Virus record (IMG/VR): IMGVR_UViG_3300007965_000002
Location: 1-64,000 of that record
From: a virus
Lineage: Duplodnaviria > Caudoviricetes
DNA length: 64,000 nucleotides
Reading direction: 5' to 3' (one strand)
Positions 63,040-64,000 of this stretch are shown here, piece after piece (the stretch's first letter is position 1; every line of letters starts with the position of its first letter). The position numbers were made by a program, and so were the translations under genes. A model generated the notes under the pieces. It was not told where the DNA came from. It worked only from the letters and a program-made list of their open reading frames with translations, and did not search any database.

Positions 63040-63907
63040 TACGAATGTCCTTTAATGTATTTTCTAGTTTAGTAAAGTAATCACCATCATATGTATTACT
63101 AGCGTGTTCAATAGCATCATCAGAGTATGAAATTAAATCCATTAACTCTAGATTGCGAAGAAGAACTTCTTCACCACTACTATTAAGATTCTGTACAAAT
63201 AATTGCTTACCAGGAATTGGTAATGCCCCTACTAGGTCATGAACTGAGCCATACTCCCTAACTAGGTTATAAGCGCGTTTAACACCAATACCATCAATAC
63301 CTGGTACAGAGTCTCCTCGGTCTCCCTGAATTGCTTTTACATGAGAATACTGTTCTGGGCTATCACACCCATGTTCATCATAGAAGTTATCAATTGTAAA
63401 CTCTTTCTGACTAGTATACGCCCAACGTTTTACTTTATCGTTAAGGAGTTGATCCCAATCTTGGTCAGTTGATATTAACCAAATAGTATCGTAACGATCG
63501 TATAAATGCTGTGCAAAGTAAGCTGCCAAGTCATCAGCCTCTACACCTTTTAGTTTTATGATACAATGACCTGTTTCTTCTACTAACTCAACTGCACGAA
63601 TATACCCATCAAAGAAGTCAGCCCAAGATTGAGATTCTTCCTCTGTTTGTGTTTCACGCTTAGCTTCACGGTCGCCTTTGTACGTAGGCAGTAGCTCTTT
63701 ACGGTAAGTTGACTTACCAAAGTCTGATAAGTGTAATACATCTTTAGCACCATAAGAGGCTGCTAAAGAGTTAATAGTTGCTAGATATTCAGCACCAAAT
63801 ATATTATGGCCTCTATGCTTGAATCTCATTGCTAAGTTGATTCCGTCTACTATGATAAGGTTATTACCTGTACCACGACGATTTTGTTGTTCCCAGCTTA
63901 TTGTCAT
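63014..63907 (-). CDS. D15: 5'-3' flap endonuclease (T5 D15-like)
   Basis: IVDG.NLA.R, S.YRK...P.YK..R, GVEADD, STDQDWDQ, GD.GD.VPG..GIG.KRA. Confidence 0.92.
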   Translation of the reverse strand: MTISWEQQNRRGTGNNLIIVDGINLAMRFKHRGHNIFGAEYLATINSLAASYGAKDVLHLSDFGKSTYRKELLPTYKGDREAKRETQTEEESQSWADFFDGYIRAVELVEETGHCIIKLKGVEADDLAAYFAQHLYDRYDTIWLISTDQDWDQLLNDKVKRWAYTSQKEFTIDNFYDEHGCDSPEQYSHVKAIQGDRGDSVPGIDGIGVKRAYNLVREYGSVHDLVGALPIPGKQLFVQNLNSSGEEVLLRNLELMDLISYSDDAIEHASNTYDGDYFTKLENTLKDIRSDKYSMHR

Positions 63908-64000
63908 TTTACAAAATACTCCGCTTTTGTTGTTTCTAGTAGGCTTTCAAATAGGAATACAACTACTTGCATTTCACCTTTATTAAATGTAATGTTTGGT

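Noticed and set aside
501-63055. Numerous antisense or out-of-frame track ORFs overlapping long genes (e.g. 3994..4458, 33526..33936, 56856..57464, 62828..63055)
   Set aside because: They are shadows of biased codon usage in well-supported genes, with no RBS or motifs.
1-64000. tRNA or rRNA genes
   Set aside because: No cloverleaf or T-loop (GTTCGA)/CCA arrangement was recognised; any T5-like tRNA cluster probably lies outside this window.

Overview
AT-rich T5-like siphophage (Demerecviridae-like) genome segment, apparently a circularised assembly that runs across the long terminal repeat. 1-22.5 kb (+) holds early genes: spanins, dNMP kinase, holin/endolysin, RNA-repair genes, a Prs-like plus Nampt-like NAD module whose Nampt gene is cut in two by an HNH endonuclease, and many small ORFs driven by repeated terminator/promoter cassettes. 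About 22.6-32.5 kb is the inferred terminal repeat / first-step-transfer region, with A2, A1, dmp and three long non-coding blocks. 32.6-62.3 kb (+) is the complete late morphogenesis module from terminase to tail fibre. 62.4-64 kb (-) holds dUTPase and a D15-like flap endonuclease. The main discovery is that the non-coding blocks of the terminal repeat are packed with close matches to binding sites of many different HOST proteins: 14 perfect DnaA boxes, about 10 Fur boxes, a 10-unit MetJ met-box array, 8 sigma54 -24/-12 boxes, 3 LiuR-type boxes, a LexA box, a PdhR box, 2 parS sites, 2 Chi sites and an rrn-like boxA. Together they look like a host-chromosome-mimic or operator-sponge island. 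parS and LiuR sites suggest a non-enteric gammaproteobacterial host (Shewanella/Vibrio/Alteromonadales-like; inference). All assignments are by eye from motifs and synteny; no database searches were run.
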